A stretch of DNA of 64,000 nucleotides from the human T2T-CHM13v2.0 reference genome, Homo sapiens. Numbering within the stretch: position 1 is the first letter of the stretch; every line of letters starts with the position of its first letter. A program made the translations under genes and the position numbers. The notes beneath the pieces were generated by a model. That model did no database searches. It was not told the origin of the DNA and saw only the letters and a program-made list of their open reading frames with translations. This document shows positions 24,478 to 38,944 of this stretch, piece after piece. The DNA is taken from NCBI RefSeq assembly GCF_009914755.1, contig NC_060934.1. One strand, given 5' to 3'.

Positions 24478-27400
24478 TATTTTATTTTTCCATAAGTTAT
24501 TGGGGTACAAGTGGTATTTGGTTACATAAGTAAGTTCTTTAGTGGTGATTTGTGAGATTTTGGTGCACCCATTACCCTAGCAGTATATACTGCATCATAT
24601 TTGTAGTCTGTTGTCCCTCGCCATCCCCCCCCACTCATCCCCACAAGTCCCTAAAGTCCATTGTATCAGTCTCACACCTTTGTGTCCTCATAGCTTAGCT
24701 CCCACATATCAGTGAGAACATACGATGTTTGGTTTTCCATTCCTGAGTTACTTAACTTAGAATAATAGTCTCCAATCTCATCCAGGCCACTGAAAATGCT
24801 GTTAACTAATTCCTTTTTATGGCTGCTTAGTATCCCATTGTATATATATACCACAGTTTATCCAGCCGTTGATTGATGAGCATTTGGGTTGGTTCCACGA
24901 TTTTGCAATTGTGAATTCAGCTGCTATAAACATGCGTATGGAAGCATCCTTTTCAAATAATGACTTCTTTTCCTCTGGGTGGATACCCAGTAGTGGGATT
25001 GCTGGATCAAATGGTAGTTCTACTTTTAGTTCTTTAAGGAATCTCCACACTCTTTTCCATAGTGGCTGTACTAGTTTACCGTTCCACCAGCAGTGTAGAA
25101 GTGTTCCCTGCTCACCACATCCACACCAACATCTACTGTTTTTTTATTTTTCGATTATGGCCATTCTTGCAGGAGTAAGGTGGCACTGCATTGTGGTTTT
25201 GATTTGCACTTTCCTGATAATTAGTGATGTTGAGCATTTTTTAATAGGTTTGTTGGCCATTTGTATATCTTCTTTTGAGAATTATCTATCCATGTCCTTA
25301 GCCCACTTTTTGATGGGATTGTTTTTTTCTTACAGATTTGTTTGAGTTCATTGTACATTCTGCATATTAGTCCTTTGTCAGATGTATAGATTGTGAAGAT
25401 TTTCTCCCAATCTGTGGGTTGTCTGTCTACTCTGCTGACTGTTCCTTTTGCTGTGCAAAGGCTCTTTAGTTTAATTAGGTCCTAGCTATTTATCTTTGTT
25501 TTTATTGCATTTGCTTTTGGGTTCTTGGTCATGAAATCCTTGCCTAAGCCAATGTCTAGAAGGGTTTTTCCAATGTTATCTTCTAGAATTTTTATAGTTT
25601 CAGGTCTTAGGTTTAAGTCCTTAAACTATCTTGAGCTGATTTTTGTGTAAGGTGAGAGATGAGGATCCCATTCCATTCTCCTACATGTGGCTAGCCAATT
25701 ATCCCAGCACCATTTGTTGAAAAGGGTGTCCTTTCCCCACTTTATGTTTTTGTTTGCTTTGTCGAAGATCAGTTGGGTGTAAGTATTTGGATTTATTTCT
25801 GGGTTCTCTATTATGTTCTATTGGTCTATGTGCCAATATTTATATGAGTACCATGCTGTTTTGGTGTCTATGGCCTTATAGTATAGTTTGAAATCTGGTA
25901 GTGTGATGCCTCCAGATTTGTTATTTTTGCTTGGTATTGTTGTGGCTAGGTGGGCTCTTTTTTGGTTCCATATGAATTTTAGAATTGTTTTTTCTAATTC
26001 TGTGAGAATGATGGTGATATTCTGATGGGGATTGTGTTGAATTTGTAGATTGCTTTTGGCACTATGATCATTTTCACAATATTGATTCTACCCATCCGTG
26101 AGCATGGGATGTGTTTCCACTTGTTTATGTTGTCTATGATTTCTTTCAGCAGTGTTTTGAAGTTTCCTTGTAGAGGTCTTTCAACTTCTTTGTTAGGTAT
26201 ATTCCTAAGTATTTTATTATTTTTTTTGGCAGCTACTGTAAAAGGGGTTGAGTTTTTGATTTGATTCTCTGCTTGGTTGCCGTTGGTGTATAGAAGAGGT
26301 ACTGATTTGTGTACATTAATCTTGTATCCGGAAACATTGCTGAATTCTTTTATCACCTCTAGAAAGCTCCTAGGAGTCCTTAGGGTTTTCAAGGTAAACA
26401 ATCATATCGTCAGCAAACAGTGACAGTTTGACTTCCTCTTTACTGATTTGGATGCCGTTTATTTCTTTCTTTTGTCTGATTGCTCTGGCTGGGATTTCTA
26501 GTACTACATTGGAGAGGAGTGGTGAGAGTGGGCATCCTTGCCTTGTTCCAGTTCTCAGAGGTAATGCTTTCAACTTTTCCGCATTCAGTATTATGTTGGC
26601 TGTGGGTTTGTCATAGATGGCTTTTATTACATTAAGGTATGTGTCCCTTGTATGCTGATTTTGCTGAGAGATTTAATCATAAAGGGATTCTGGATTTTGT
26701 CAAAAGTTTTTTCTGCACTATTGAGATAATCATGTGACTTTTGTTTTTAATTCTGTTTATGTGGTGTCTCACATTTATTGACTTGTGTATGTTAAACAAT
26801 CTCTGCATCCCTGATATGAAACTCGCTTGATCATGGTGGATTATCTTTTTTAATATGTTGTTGGATTCAGTAAACTACTATTTTGTTAAGGATTTTAGCA
26901 TCTATGTTCATCAAGGATATTGCTCTGTAGTTTTCGTTTTTGGTTACATCCTTTCCTGGTTTTGGGATTAAAGGTGATGCTGGCTTCATAGAATGAATTA
27001 GGGAGGCTTCCTTCTTTCTCTGTCTTGTGGAATTGTGTCAAAAGGATTGGTACCAATTCTTCTTTGAATGTCTGGTAGAATTCTGCTGTGAATCTGTCTA
27101 GTCCTGGAATTTTTTTTTTTGTTGATAATTTTGCAATTACCATTTCAGTCTCGCTGCTTGTTATTGGTCTGTTCATGGTATCTAATTCTTCCTGATTTAA
27201 GCTAGGAAGGTCGTATTTTTCCAGGAATTTATACATCTCTTCTAGGTTTTCTGGTTAATATGTGTAAAGGTGTTCATAGTCGCATTGAATGATCTTTTGT
27301 ATTTCAGTGATGTCAGTTGTAATAGCTCCTGTTTTCTTTCTTAGGTTATTTGGATTTTCTCTCTTCTTTTCTTCGTTAATCTTGCTAATTTTCTATCAAT

Positions 27401-29936
27401 TTTATTTATCTTTTCAAACAACCAGCTTTTTGTTTTATTTATCTTTTGTATTTTTGTTTGTTTGTTTGTTTCAATTTCATTTAGTTCTGCTCTGATCGTG
27501 GTTATTTCATTTCTTCTGCTGGGTTTGGGTTTGGTTTGTTCTTGTTTCTCTAGTTCCTTGAGGTGTGAACTTAGATTGTCTGTGCTCTGTCAGACTTTTA
27601 GATGTAGGCATTTAAGGCTATGAACTTTCCTTTAGCACCGCCTTTGCTGAATCCCAGAGGTTTTGATAGGTTGTGTCATTATGGTCATTCAGTCGAATAA
27701 TTTTTTAATTTCCATCTTGATTTCTCTTTTGACCCAATGCTCATTTAGGAGAAGGTTATTTAATTTCCATGCATTTGCATGGTTTTGAAGGTTCCTTCTG
27801 GAGTTGATTCCCAGTTTTATTCCACTGTGGTCTTAGAGAATGCTTGATATAATTTCAATTTCCTTAAATTTATTGAGGGTCATTTTATGGCCTATTATAT
27901 GGTCTATCTTGAAGAAAGTTCCATGTGCTGTTTAATAGAATGTGTATTCTGTTGTTATTGGATGAAATGTTCTGTATATATCTGTTAAGTTCATTTGTTC
28001 CAAGACATAGTTTAAATCTATTGTTTCTTTTTTGACTTTCTGTCTTGATGACCTATCTAGTGCTGTCAGTGGAGTACTGAAGTCCCCCACTATTATCGTG
28101 TTGCTGTCTATCTCATTTCTTAGGTCTATTAGTAATTGTTTTATAAATTTGGGAGCTCCAGTGTTAGCTGCATATATGTTTAGAATTATGATATTTTCCT
28201 GTTGGACAAGGCCTTTTACCATTATATACTGTCCCTCTTTGTCTCTTTTAGTCACTGTTGCCTTAAAGTTTGTTTTGTCTGATATAAAAATAGCTACCCC
28301 TGCTCACTTTTGGTGTTCATTTGCATGAAATGCCTTTTTTCATCACTTTAAGTTTATGTGAGTCCTTATGTGTTAGGTGAGTCTTCTGAAGGCAGCAGGT
28401 AGTTAGTTGGTGAGTTCTTATCCATTCTGCAGTTCTGTATCTTTTAAGTGAAGTTTTTAGGCCATTTACATTCAATGTTAGTATTGAAGTATGAAGTACC
28501 ATTGCATTCATCATGCTCTTTGCTGTCTGTGTACTTTGGGTTTTTTTAATTTGTTTCTTTTTTTTTTTTTTTTTTGCTTTTTAATTTGTATTTTTGTTTT
28601 ATAGGTTCTGTGTGGTTAATGCTTTAAGGAGGTTCTGTTTTGATGTGTTTCTAGGATTTGTTTCAAGATTTAGGGCTCCTTTTAGCAGTTCTTGCAGTGG
28701 TGGTTTGGTAATGGCGAATTCTCTCAGCATTTGTTTGTCTGAAAACGACTGTATCTTTCCTTCATATAAGATGCTTAGCTTCACTAGATACAAAATTCTT
28801 GGCTGATAATTGTTTTGTTTGAGGAGGCTGAAGATAGTTCCCAAATCCCCTCCAGTTTCCAGGGTTTCTGCTGAGAAATCTGCTGTTAATCTGATAGGTT
28901 TTCCTCTATAGGTTACCTGGTGCTTCTGCCTCACATCTCTTAAGATTCTTTCCTTTGTCTTAATTTTGTATAACCTGATGAAAATGTACCTAGGCAAAGA
29001 TCTTTTTGCAGTGACTTTCCCAGGTGTTCTTTGTGCTTCTTGTATTTGACGGTCTAGGTCTCTCACAAGGCTGGGAACGTTTTCCTCAATCATTCCCCTA
29101 AATATGTTTTCCAGGCTTTTAGAATTCTCTTCTTCCTCAAGTTTGGTGGTTTAACATAATCCCAGACTTCTTGGAGGCTTTGTTCATATTTTCTTATTCT
29201 TTTTTCTTTGTTTTTGTTGGATCGGGTTAATTTGAAGACCTTGTCTTTGAACTCTGAATTCTTTCTTCTACTTGTTCAATTCTATTGCTGAGAATTTCTA
29301 GGACTTCACATTTCTAAAAGTGTGTCAAAAGTTTCCTGAATTTTTAATTGTTTTCTCTTTAAGCTATCTATTTCCATGAATTTCTTCTTTCACTTCTTGC
29401 ATAATTTTTTTGGATTTCTTTGCATTGGGCTTTGCCTTTCTCTGGTCCCTCCCTGATTAGCTTAATAACTAACTTTCTGAATTCTTTTTCAGGTAAATCA
29501 GGATTCCTTCTTGGTTTGGATCCATTGCTGGTGAACTAGTGAGAGTTTTTGCGGGGTGTTGAAGAGCCTTATTTTGCCATATTACCAGGGTTGTTTTTCT
29601 GGTTCCTTCTCATGTGGGTAGGCTCTATCAGAGGGAAGGTCCAAGGATGAAGGCTGCTGTTCAGATTCTTTTGTCCTGCAGGGTGTCCCCTTGATGTAGT
29701 ACTCTCCCCCTTTTCCTGTGGATGTGGCCTTCTGTGAGCCAAGCTGCAGTGATTGTTGTAGACTAGCCACCCAGCTAGTCTACCCATCTCTGGGGTGGTA
29801 CAGGGAGTTGTCTGCACAGAGTCCTGTGATATGAACCATCTATGGGTCTCTCAGCCATAGATAACAGCACCTTTTCTGATGGAGGTGGCAGAGGATGCAA
29901 TGGACTCTGTGAGGGTCCTCAGCTTTGGTGGTTTAA
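24478..29936 (-). mobile_element. L1PB1-like LINE-1, ~5.46 kb, 5'-truncated; ORF1 and ORF2 broken by stops and frameshifts
   Basis: 3' end CCATAAGTTATTGGGGTAC...AGTTCTTTAGTGGTGATTTGTGAG; ORF2 fragments ([33 protein letters not shown]) and ORF1 fragment (QEAQRTPGK...KPIRLTADFSAETL); 16-bp TSD TCTCTGTT(T/C)TGTATTT at 24462-24477 and 29937-29952. Confidence 0.92.
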
Positions 29937-31762
29937 TCTCTGTTCTGTATTTGATTACTTTCCTAGCCAGGCTCCATCTGAAGAAACAGGCATAGACTTG
30001 CTTGGAATTTTCTTTTTTATCCTATCAGAAGTAGCATTTTATCCAAAAGCTTAAACATATCCCCAACATCTAGTTTGTTCTGGCGAGTGGTTTCCCTTTC
30101 ATACTGCATTTTTGAATTATTGTTTCCAAAGTCATCCAAGGACTCTTAGAATCTAAACCTTCTTTGTATTAGAACTTTGAAAATTCACATGTGAAATCAA
30201 GAATTAAGGGATATAATATGTGTGTGTGTGTGTGCATGTGCACACATGCATGTTTTATAATTTACAAATTAAATATTTTCCTTACCTTAACCAATCTTTT
30301 TATTTTATCAACTGAGATGATTACATAATTTCTCTCTTTTATTCTATTAATGTGGTAAATTGCATGACTGATTTTCAAATGTCAATTTCTGAGTAAAAAA
30401 GACAGCTTAGTTAGAAAGCTTAGTTGCCTTTTATGTAACTGGATTTGGAATTTTTGCATGTATGTTCCTCAAAGGGATTGTCTTTCTTTGCAAACTCTGT
30501 CAGATTTTGATATTAAGTTATGTTGATCTGATAAAATCAGTTGGGAAGTATTCCTTCTTATTCCATTAACTGGAAAGTTTGTTTAAGGTCTGTGTCCTTT
30601 CTTTCATAAGAATTTGGTTGGTTTCACTGGTGAAAGCATATCAGCTTAAAGTTGTGTTCTGTGGAAATTTTTAATTTCTTTAGTAGGTATAGGTTATTTA
30701 GATTATTTGTGCCTCTTTGTGTCAGGTTGGGTTCAATTGTATTCTCTAGGAATTTATTTCACTAAAACTTTCAAAATCATGTACAGAAAATTGTTCATAG
30801 TGCCCCCTTATAATCTTCTAATCTTTTTAAAGTATCTATTGATTCTATAATCAGAGTTTTCATCTCATTTCATTTTGAAGTTTATGTCATTCATTTATTT
30901 TTCTTGTTATTCCCTTTAGAAGTTTATCAATTATTTTAGTCATTTCAATTAACATTTGCCTTTGTTTATTATCTGTGTAATGGGTTTATTTTAGACTCCA
31001 GTGTGTTTAGTCCTTACTGTTCTCTTCTTTCTACCTTCTTTGGCTTTAATTTGATGCTTTCTTTTGAACTTCCTGAAATATAAACTGTACCTATATTCCA
31101 CATGTTTAAGGTTATACATTTCCCTTTAAACACATGTTTAAGTTTATAAATTTCCCTTTAATCATAGCTCTACTCTAGTATCAAATTTAAATACATACAA
31201 TTTGTATTATGGTTCAATTCATTATTTTTTGTTTCCCAATTTCCATCTTCATGCCTTCCTCTACCATGGATTCGTTAGAAATGCACTACTTAATTTTCAA
31301 ATGTATAGGATATTCCAGCTATTTTTTGCTATTGACTTCTACCATAATTCTTATCCAGTTAATAAAATATTTTATAATGCCTCCTCTTTTTTGTATTTGT
31401 ATTCTCTTTTCTACTGCATATTTGAAATTATTGGTTCCAATGTCATTCCAATCAATTATAGAATCTAAACCTTTTTTCTAATAAGAGCTTTAAAATTTTC
31501 AATCATTTAGAATCCGATGAGAATTGCATTTATCCAGTAATTGGTCAATTATAGTAAATGTTCTATGTACTTTTAAAAAGAAATGTATATTTTATAATTG
31601 TGAGATGCATTATTTTAATCATTTTAACCAGATTCTTGATTTTTTTGTCTTTATATTATTATCAGTAGTATGGTGGTATCTTATCTTTCACATTTATTAT
31701 GTCTTCATTTAAATTTTTTCTTGTTTTAGTTTTGTCAGTATTTGCTTTACATACTTTGAGGC

Positions 31763-32170
31763 TATTGTGAGTTGAATTGTGTTTTCTAAAAGAATATGTT
31801 TAAGTTCTAACCTGTGAATGTCCTGACTTTATTTGGATAGGGTCTTTGTGAATGTCATCAAGTTAAGATAAAGTCATACCAGATTAGGGTGGTCCCAAAT
31901 CCAATATGACTGTCGTTATAAGAAGAGAAAACAGAGGTTCAGGGAGGAAAATGCTGTATAACAACAGAGGTAGAGATTAGAGTGATGTGGTTGAAAATCA
32001 AGGAATGCTAAGTGTTTATAGCCACACAGGCAGCTAAGAAGAAGCAAAGGAGAATTCTACCCAGAGTCCCAGAGGGGGTATGGCCCTGCTGACCCCTTAA
32101 TTTTAGACTTACAGCCTCCAGAACTGTCAGAGAATGCATTTCTGTTGTCTTAAGCCACTCATTTTACTTG
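31763..32170 (+). mobile_element. MLT1B-like MaLR LTR
   Basis: GTTGAATTGTG...GGGTCTTTG...AGTTAAGAT...CAGCCTCCAGAACTGT...TTTCTGTTGTCTTAAGCCAC. Confidence 0.85.
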
Positions 32171-32978
32171 ATTGATAGAGAGAGTATATTATTAGATGCA
32201 TAAAAGTTTAAACTTTGTGTAATTTTCTGGAGAGTTGAAACTTTCATAGTTATTGCATGTGCTTATTTATCTATGATTTTCAGCTTACAGTCTACTTTTA
32301 TATTAATATTACTACCCTGCCTCTATTTTGAGTGTTTGCATGCTATAACTTTTTACACCTTTTCATTTGCAAGCTTTGTGCATCCATCTGTCTCTTATAT
32401 TTAATGTTTGTATGTTTTTTTCAAATAAGCCCAAGAATGCATGCCATTTAATTGGATTATTTAGTTTTCTTACACTAAATGTCAATTTTTGTATTTTAAT
32501 CTACCCTGTTCTTAATTGCTCTCTATTTGTCCCATCCTCCTATCTTTTTTTTCCCTCTGCCTTCTTCCTTTTCTGAGGAATTATTGTTATTACTTATCAT
32601 TCCCCTCATTAAGTTGTTATTAGCTTGTTATCCTAGAAAATCCTTCATGAATCTTTGACTAATTAAAGTCCAATGTAAATCAGTACTTCTATCATTTATT
32701 AGCCAAGGCAAGGACACTAGAATACCATACCTATATTTAATTACCCTCGAACATACATATTTTTAATTATTTGAACGTTTATATTTTAACCACCATGATA
32801 CATTATTATTGTTTTTATACACTTAGGATTCATTTACATGTTTCTGCATTTTTACCCTTTCCATTGCTTTTTACTTCTTTCTGCTCTCTTGAGCTTCTAC
32901 CTGGGATTACCTTTTTCTTCCACCTGAAATATGCACTTTAACATTTGATTTAGTGCGGACCTGCTGGTGATAGTCTCT

Positions 32979-32982
<4 letters not shown>

Positions 32983-33012
<30 letters not shown>
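32983..33012. repeat. (TG)n microsatellite
   Basis: Seen directly. Confidence 0.95.
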
Positions 33013-33016
<4 letters not shown>

Positions 33017-33056
33017 TGTGTATATGTTTGAAATATCTATATTTTTGCTTCATTTC

Positions 33057-36000
33057 TGTTTTAGCACACATGTCCTGCTGTAACAAAATAACAAAATACC
33101 TGAGACTAGGTTCAGCATCTGGTGAAGTCTCACTCTTTGCTTCCAGGATAGTGCCTTGTTGCTGTGTCCTCTCATGGCAGAAGAGGTGAACATGGTGTTC
33201 TCACAAGATCGATGGAAAATGGGTAAAAAAAAAAGGTCTAGCTATTTCTCCAGAGCTGTTTTATAAGAGTACCACAAATCCCATGTGTAAATGTGGGTCC
33301 TTCACGATTCAATCACCCCCTAAAGGCTCTACCTTTTAATACTATCACATTGGGTCTTAAGTTCCAACATATGAATTTTGAGGGGCCACATATTTTCCAA
33401 TCATAGCATTATAACCCTGGCCCCCCAAAACTCATGCCCTTCTCACATACAAAATACATCACTCCATTCCAACAGCCCCCAAACTCTTAACTTGTTTCAG
33501 CAACAACTTAAGAGTCGAAGTCCAAAGTCTCATCCAAATGTCATCTAAATCTGATATGGATGAGACTCAAGGTACAATTCATTCCGAGGCAAATCCTTTC
33601 AAGCTGTAAGCCTGTGAAATCAAACAAATTATGTGATTCCAAAATGCAGTGGTGACGATAGGCATAGGATAGACATTTCCATTCCAAAAGGGAGAAATAG
33701 GAAAGCAGGAAAGGGTAATAGGTTCCAACCCAATCCAAAAGTTAACAGAGCAAATATTGAATCTTAAGACTCCAGAATAATTTCCTTTGACTGTAGATCT
33801 CACCTTCTAGACACACTGGGTGGGAACTGGGCTTAAGGCCCTGGACCACCTACACACTAGCTCTCAAGGTTGGAGTTGGTGGCTGCAATTCTCCCAGGCT
33901 GTGCAGCTGGTGGCTCTAAAGGGCTGACGTCTTGGAGGCAGCCGTGCCTCCATAGCTCCACTAAGCCTTGCCCTAATGAGGGCTCGTCACAGTGGCCCTG
34001 GTGCATGACTCTGCTTGGCATTGCCCTAGAAGGGACTCTCTGCATGGGCTCTGCTCCTATGGGCTCCACTAGGCATTGCCCTACTGGGGACAGTCTGTGG
34101 CAGCTCTGTCTCTGTGGCAGTTCTCTGCTGGGCCTTGAGGCTCTCTGAGGCATTCTTTGAAACCTAAGTGGAAGTAGCCATGCCTTCATAGCTCATGCAC
34201 TCTGCACACCAGCAGACTTGGCACCACACACATGCTGCCAAGATTTGCCACTTGTGCTTCCAGAGCACCGGCCCAAGATACCATTGGATCCATTTCAGCA
34301 ACATCTGGGGCAGCCAAAATGCGGAGAGCAGAGACTTGAAATGGTGCTAAGCAATGAGCCCCAAGATCCCACAGGTGCCCTGGGTCCCTCCTTTTTAATT
34401 GTTCTGTCCTCAGGGGCCTGGTACTCTGGGCCTGTGATTGGTGTGACAATCTCAAAGATCTCTGGAATGCTTACCAGGTCATGTTCCCATTGTCTAAAGA
34501 ACAGCATTTGGCTTCCTTATATGCATGTTAATCTCATCATCATTCACTTGTCCATACTCTTTGATATTATCTCCTGAACACACCTTTTTTGCCTTAATAT
34601 TCTTACCAGGCTCAGAATTTTTCAAATCTTTAGGTTATATTTAAAATTAAGTTTGTAATTATAAACTCCATATTTAATTATTGTCTCTCTTCTTATATTT
34701 TACTATAAGCAATCAAGAAAAGCCATGGAGCACCCTCAACACATTGCTCAGAGATTTATTTGGCCACATATTCCAGCCCATCACTCTAAAGTTCTGCCTT
34801 CCCTGCCTTCCACTGAGTACTAGAGCATGGACACAATTCATCCATTTCTTTGACACTTTTTAACAAGGGTGACGTTTCCTTCATTTCCAATAATATAGTC
34901 CTCATTTTTATCTAATACCTCATCAGAATGGTCTTTACCCAAAGCACCTTTCAGATTAAATGAAATCCCTTTAAAAATATCAATGCATTCTTCACAGAAA
35001 TTAAAAAAATAATCCTAAAATTTATATGGAACCACAAAACACCCAGAATAGCCAAAGCTATCCTAAGCAAAAAGAACAAAACTGGAGCAATTACATTACC
35101 AGACTTCAAGTTATACTACAGAGCTATAATAACAAAAACAGCAAGGTACTGGCATAAAACAAACACACAGACCAATGGAACAGAATAGAGAACCCAGAAA
35201 CAAATCCACACACCTGCAGTGAACTCATTTTTAACAAGGTGTCAAAAACATACACTAGAGAAAAGACACTCTCTTCAATAAAAGGTGCTGGGAAAACTGG
35301 ATATCCACATGCAGAAGAATAAAACTACACCCTTATCTCTTGCCATATACAAAATTCAAATCTAAATGGATTAAAGACTTAAATCTAAGACCTCAAACTA
35401 TGAAACTATTACAAGAAAATATTGGGGAAACTCTCCAGAATGTTGGCCTGGGCAAAATTTCCTTGAGCAATACCCCACAAACGTAGGCAACCAAAGCAAA
35501 ATGAACAACTGGGACTACATCAAGTTAAAAATCTTCTGCACAGCAAACAAAGGAAACAATCAACAAAGTAAACAGACAACCAACAGAATAGAAGAAAATA
35601 TTTGCAAACTACCCATCTGACAAAGGATTAAGAACCAGAATATAAAAGGGAGCTCAAATAACTCTGTAGAAAAAAATCTAGTAACCTGATCCAAAAAAGT
35701 GGTGAAATATTTGAGTAGACATTTCACAAAAGAAGACATAACAACAGCAAACAGGCATATGTAAAGGTGCTTAACATCACTGATTATCAGAGAAATGCAA
35801 ATCAAAACTATAGTGAGAGATCATCTCAACTCAGTTAAAATGGCTTATATTCAAAAGACAGGAAACAACAAATTCTCGTGAGGATGTGGAGAAAAAGAAA
35901 CCTTTGTACACAGTTGGTGGGAATGTAAATTAGTAAAACCACTATGGAGAATAGTTTGCAGGTTCCTTAAAAAAACTAAAAATTGAGCTACCATGTAATC

Positions 36001-37365
36001 TAGCAATTCCAGGGCTGGGTATACACTCAAACGAAGGGAAATCATTATATCAAAGAGATATCTGCATTCCCATGTTTGTTATAGCACTGTTCATAATAGC
36101 TAAGATTTGGAAGCAACCTAAGTGTCTATCAACATATGAACGGATAAAGAAAATGTGGTACATATACACGCTGGAGGACAATTCAGCCATAAAAATGAGT
36201 GAGATCCTGTCATTTGCAACAACATGGATGAACCGGAGATCATTATGTTAAGTGAAATAAACCAGGCACAGAAAGATAAACATCACATGTTCTCACTTAT
36301 TTGTGGGACCTAAAAAATCAAAACAATGGAACTCATGAACGAGAGTAGAAGGATGGTTACCAGAGGCTGGGAAGGATACTGGGGGGCTGTGGGGGAGGTG
36401 AGGATGGCTAATGATTACAAAAAACAATAGAAAGAATGAATAAGACCTACTATTTGATAGCGAAATAGAGTGATTATAGTCAATAATAATTGTACATTTC
36501 AAAATAACTAAAAGAGTGTGGACTGTTGGTGATACAGAGGATAAACGCTTGAGTGAGTAGATACCCCATTCTCCATGATATGATTATTTCATATTGCATG
36601 CTTGTATCAAAACATCTCATGTACCCCATAAATATGCATATCTACTATGTAGACACACAAATTAAAAATAAAAATAAAATAAATAAATAAATTGAAGAAA
36701 AAATGGCCTTTACTATAGATATTCCTACCAGCATTCTGATCACAACCACTTAGATAATCTCCGAGAAGATTTAGGCTCTTTCTACAGCTCTCTTCTTCCA
36801 AGCTTTCACCAGAATCACCTTACATGCTCCATTCACAGCAATCTAGGCTTTTTCTAGCACACACTTCAAAACTCTTCCAGCCTCTGCTCATTACCCAGTT
36901 CCAAGATGCTTACAGTTTCTTGTGTTTGTTACAGCAACACCACACTTTTCAGTTCCAATTTCTGTCTTTGTTCAATTGTGCTGCTATAACAAAATACCTG
37001 ACACTAGGCAATTGAAAAAGAATAGATATTTATTTCTCACATTTCAAGAGGCTGGGAAGCCCAAGAGATGAAGGCACCAGCAGACTTAGTATCTGGTTAG
37101 GGTTGACTCTGCTTCCAAGATGGTGCCTTGTTGCTGTGTCTTAACATCGCAGAAGGGAAGAACACTGTATCCTCACAGAGGGAGGGAAGAAGGGCAAAAA
37201 TTGGGCCCAGCTAGTTCTCTAGAGCTCTTTTATAAGGGGACTTATTCCACTCAGGAAGGCAGAGCCCTCATGATTTAATCACCAAGGGCCACCTCTCTTA
37301 ATCACACCGGGTCTTAGGTCTTAACATATGACTTTGGTGAGAACACATGCATTCAAACCATAGCA
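33057..37365 (-). mobile_element. MaLR provirus (MST-type): LTRs 33057-33408 and 36963-37365 plus internal region, interrupted by an L1MA
   Basis: Two similar LTRs (TGCTRTAACAAAATA…CTTCCARGATRGTGCCTTGTTGCTGTGTC…CATAGCA) flanking MST-internal sequence (AAGTCCAAAGTCTCATC, CATTCCAAAAGGGAGAAAT). Confidence 0.85.
34939..36699 (+). mobile_element. L1MA2-like 5'-truncated LINE-1
   Basis: ORF2 C-terminal sequence and 3' UTR ending GTATCAAAACATCTCATGTACCCCATAAATAT; TSD AGAATGGTCTTTAC (34925-34938) / AAAATGGCCTTTAC (36700-36713). Confidence 0.88.
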
Positions 37366-38589
37366 ACATCTGAGAGTGATTTATATTTGGCATAAAATTC
37401 TGAATTGACAGATTTTTATTTTCTTTCAGTAATTTGCATACATAATTCCATTATCTTCTATTTTACATTTCATTTCATGTTGAGACATCATCTGTTAGCC
37501 TTCAAAGAGCCTATTGTTGCTCTTTTAAATTAATACATCTCTGCAACATCCTCTCCAGGCTGCTTTTAAGATATTTCTCTTTGTCTTTGAATTGAAGTTT
37601 TACTATTATGTGCCTAGATATGGTCTTCAAAATGTTTCTCCTGTGTGTTTTTCAGTTTCTTGCATCTGGGGCTATATATCGCTTACTAGTTTGTGGAAAA
37701 TTCTAAGTCATTATTTATTAAACTATTGCTCTCCCACACTTTATCTCTTTCCTCTCCTCCTGGGAGTCCAATTACACATATGTTACATCTTTTCACTATA
37801 TTTTATGTGTCTTTTATTCTGTTTGTATTTTCATTTCTTTTACGTCTTCATTCTTTAGAATAAATATTTTCTTCTGATCTATGTTTCGGTCACAAATTCT
37901 CTCTTCCCCTGTGATCAGTTTGTTGATAAACTGCAAATATGAATTTTTAAATTCAGTTGTTTATTTAAGTTGTTCTAGGCTTTTCATCAAAAATAACATG
38001 CACCTCCTCTATTACATATAGAGATAAAACCTTAATCTGCATGGGGAAGTAATCACAAACCACTGTCAAGAGGCACTGATGGACATCCATTGCAGTTGGT
38101 GAAGTGAGCAGAAATAGATTTTAACCCAGTTGGAGAGGCAGGAATATGTTCTAGGCACAGTACAAAGTCTGGAGGAGGTGCAGAATCACTGTGAAGGCTG
38201 GACACTAGGAAAGGAGGGATACAATGTCTACCTAAGATTGAGGTTTGACCAGAACATCAGGGAACAGTCCTTTTGCCTGCCATCCACCAAAAGGCTAACA
38301 ATCATGGAGTCAAGTAACAGTAAAATACTAACTGGAAAGCTACAAGAGATAAATCCCTTCCAGGACACAGAGTAAAGAGAAGATCCAGAGTCAAGGAGGA
38401 AGCAGACATTGAAACAATAGCCTCTGTCAGACCAGTTCACAACCTCAACTCATGTATCACTAGAGGAATTTGAAGTCCATTTTGCACTGAGGATAACCAT
38501 AGCAGTGACTAACTTTGAAGCCAGAACAACTCCTGGCTAGGTTAACACACACCTGTACTATAATATCTGCCAGAAAGAATTTGTGCTCA

Positions 38590-38930
<341 letters not shown>

Positions 38931-38944
38931 AAACTTTCCTGGGT

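Larger units (their letters stand above)
30290..37990 (-). mobile_element. Ancient L1ME-like element, fragmented; host of MLT1B and the MST provirus
   Basis: Degenerate antisense L1 motifs; sequence resumes across the MST insertion (…TTTTTGCTTCATTT | TGAGAGTGAT…CATAAAATTCTGAATTGACAG). Confidence 0.65.

Noticed and set aside
24672-29817. Minus-strand ORFs with RT, endonuclease and ORF1 motifs
   Set aside because: They are frameshifted, stop-interrupted fragments of the dead L1PB1, not separate genes.
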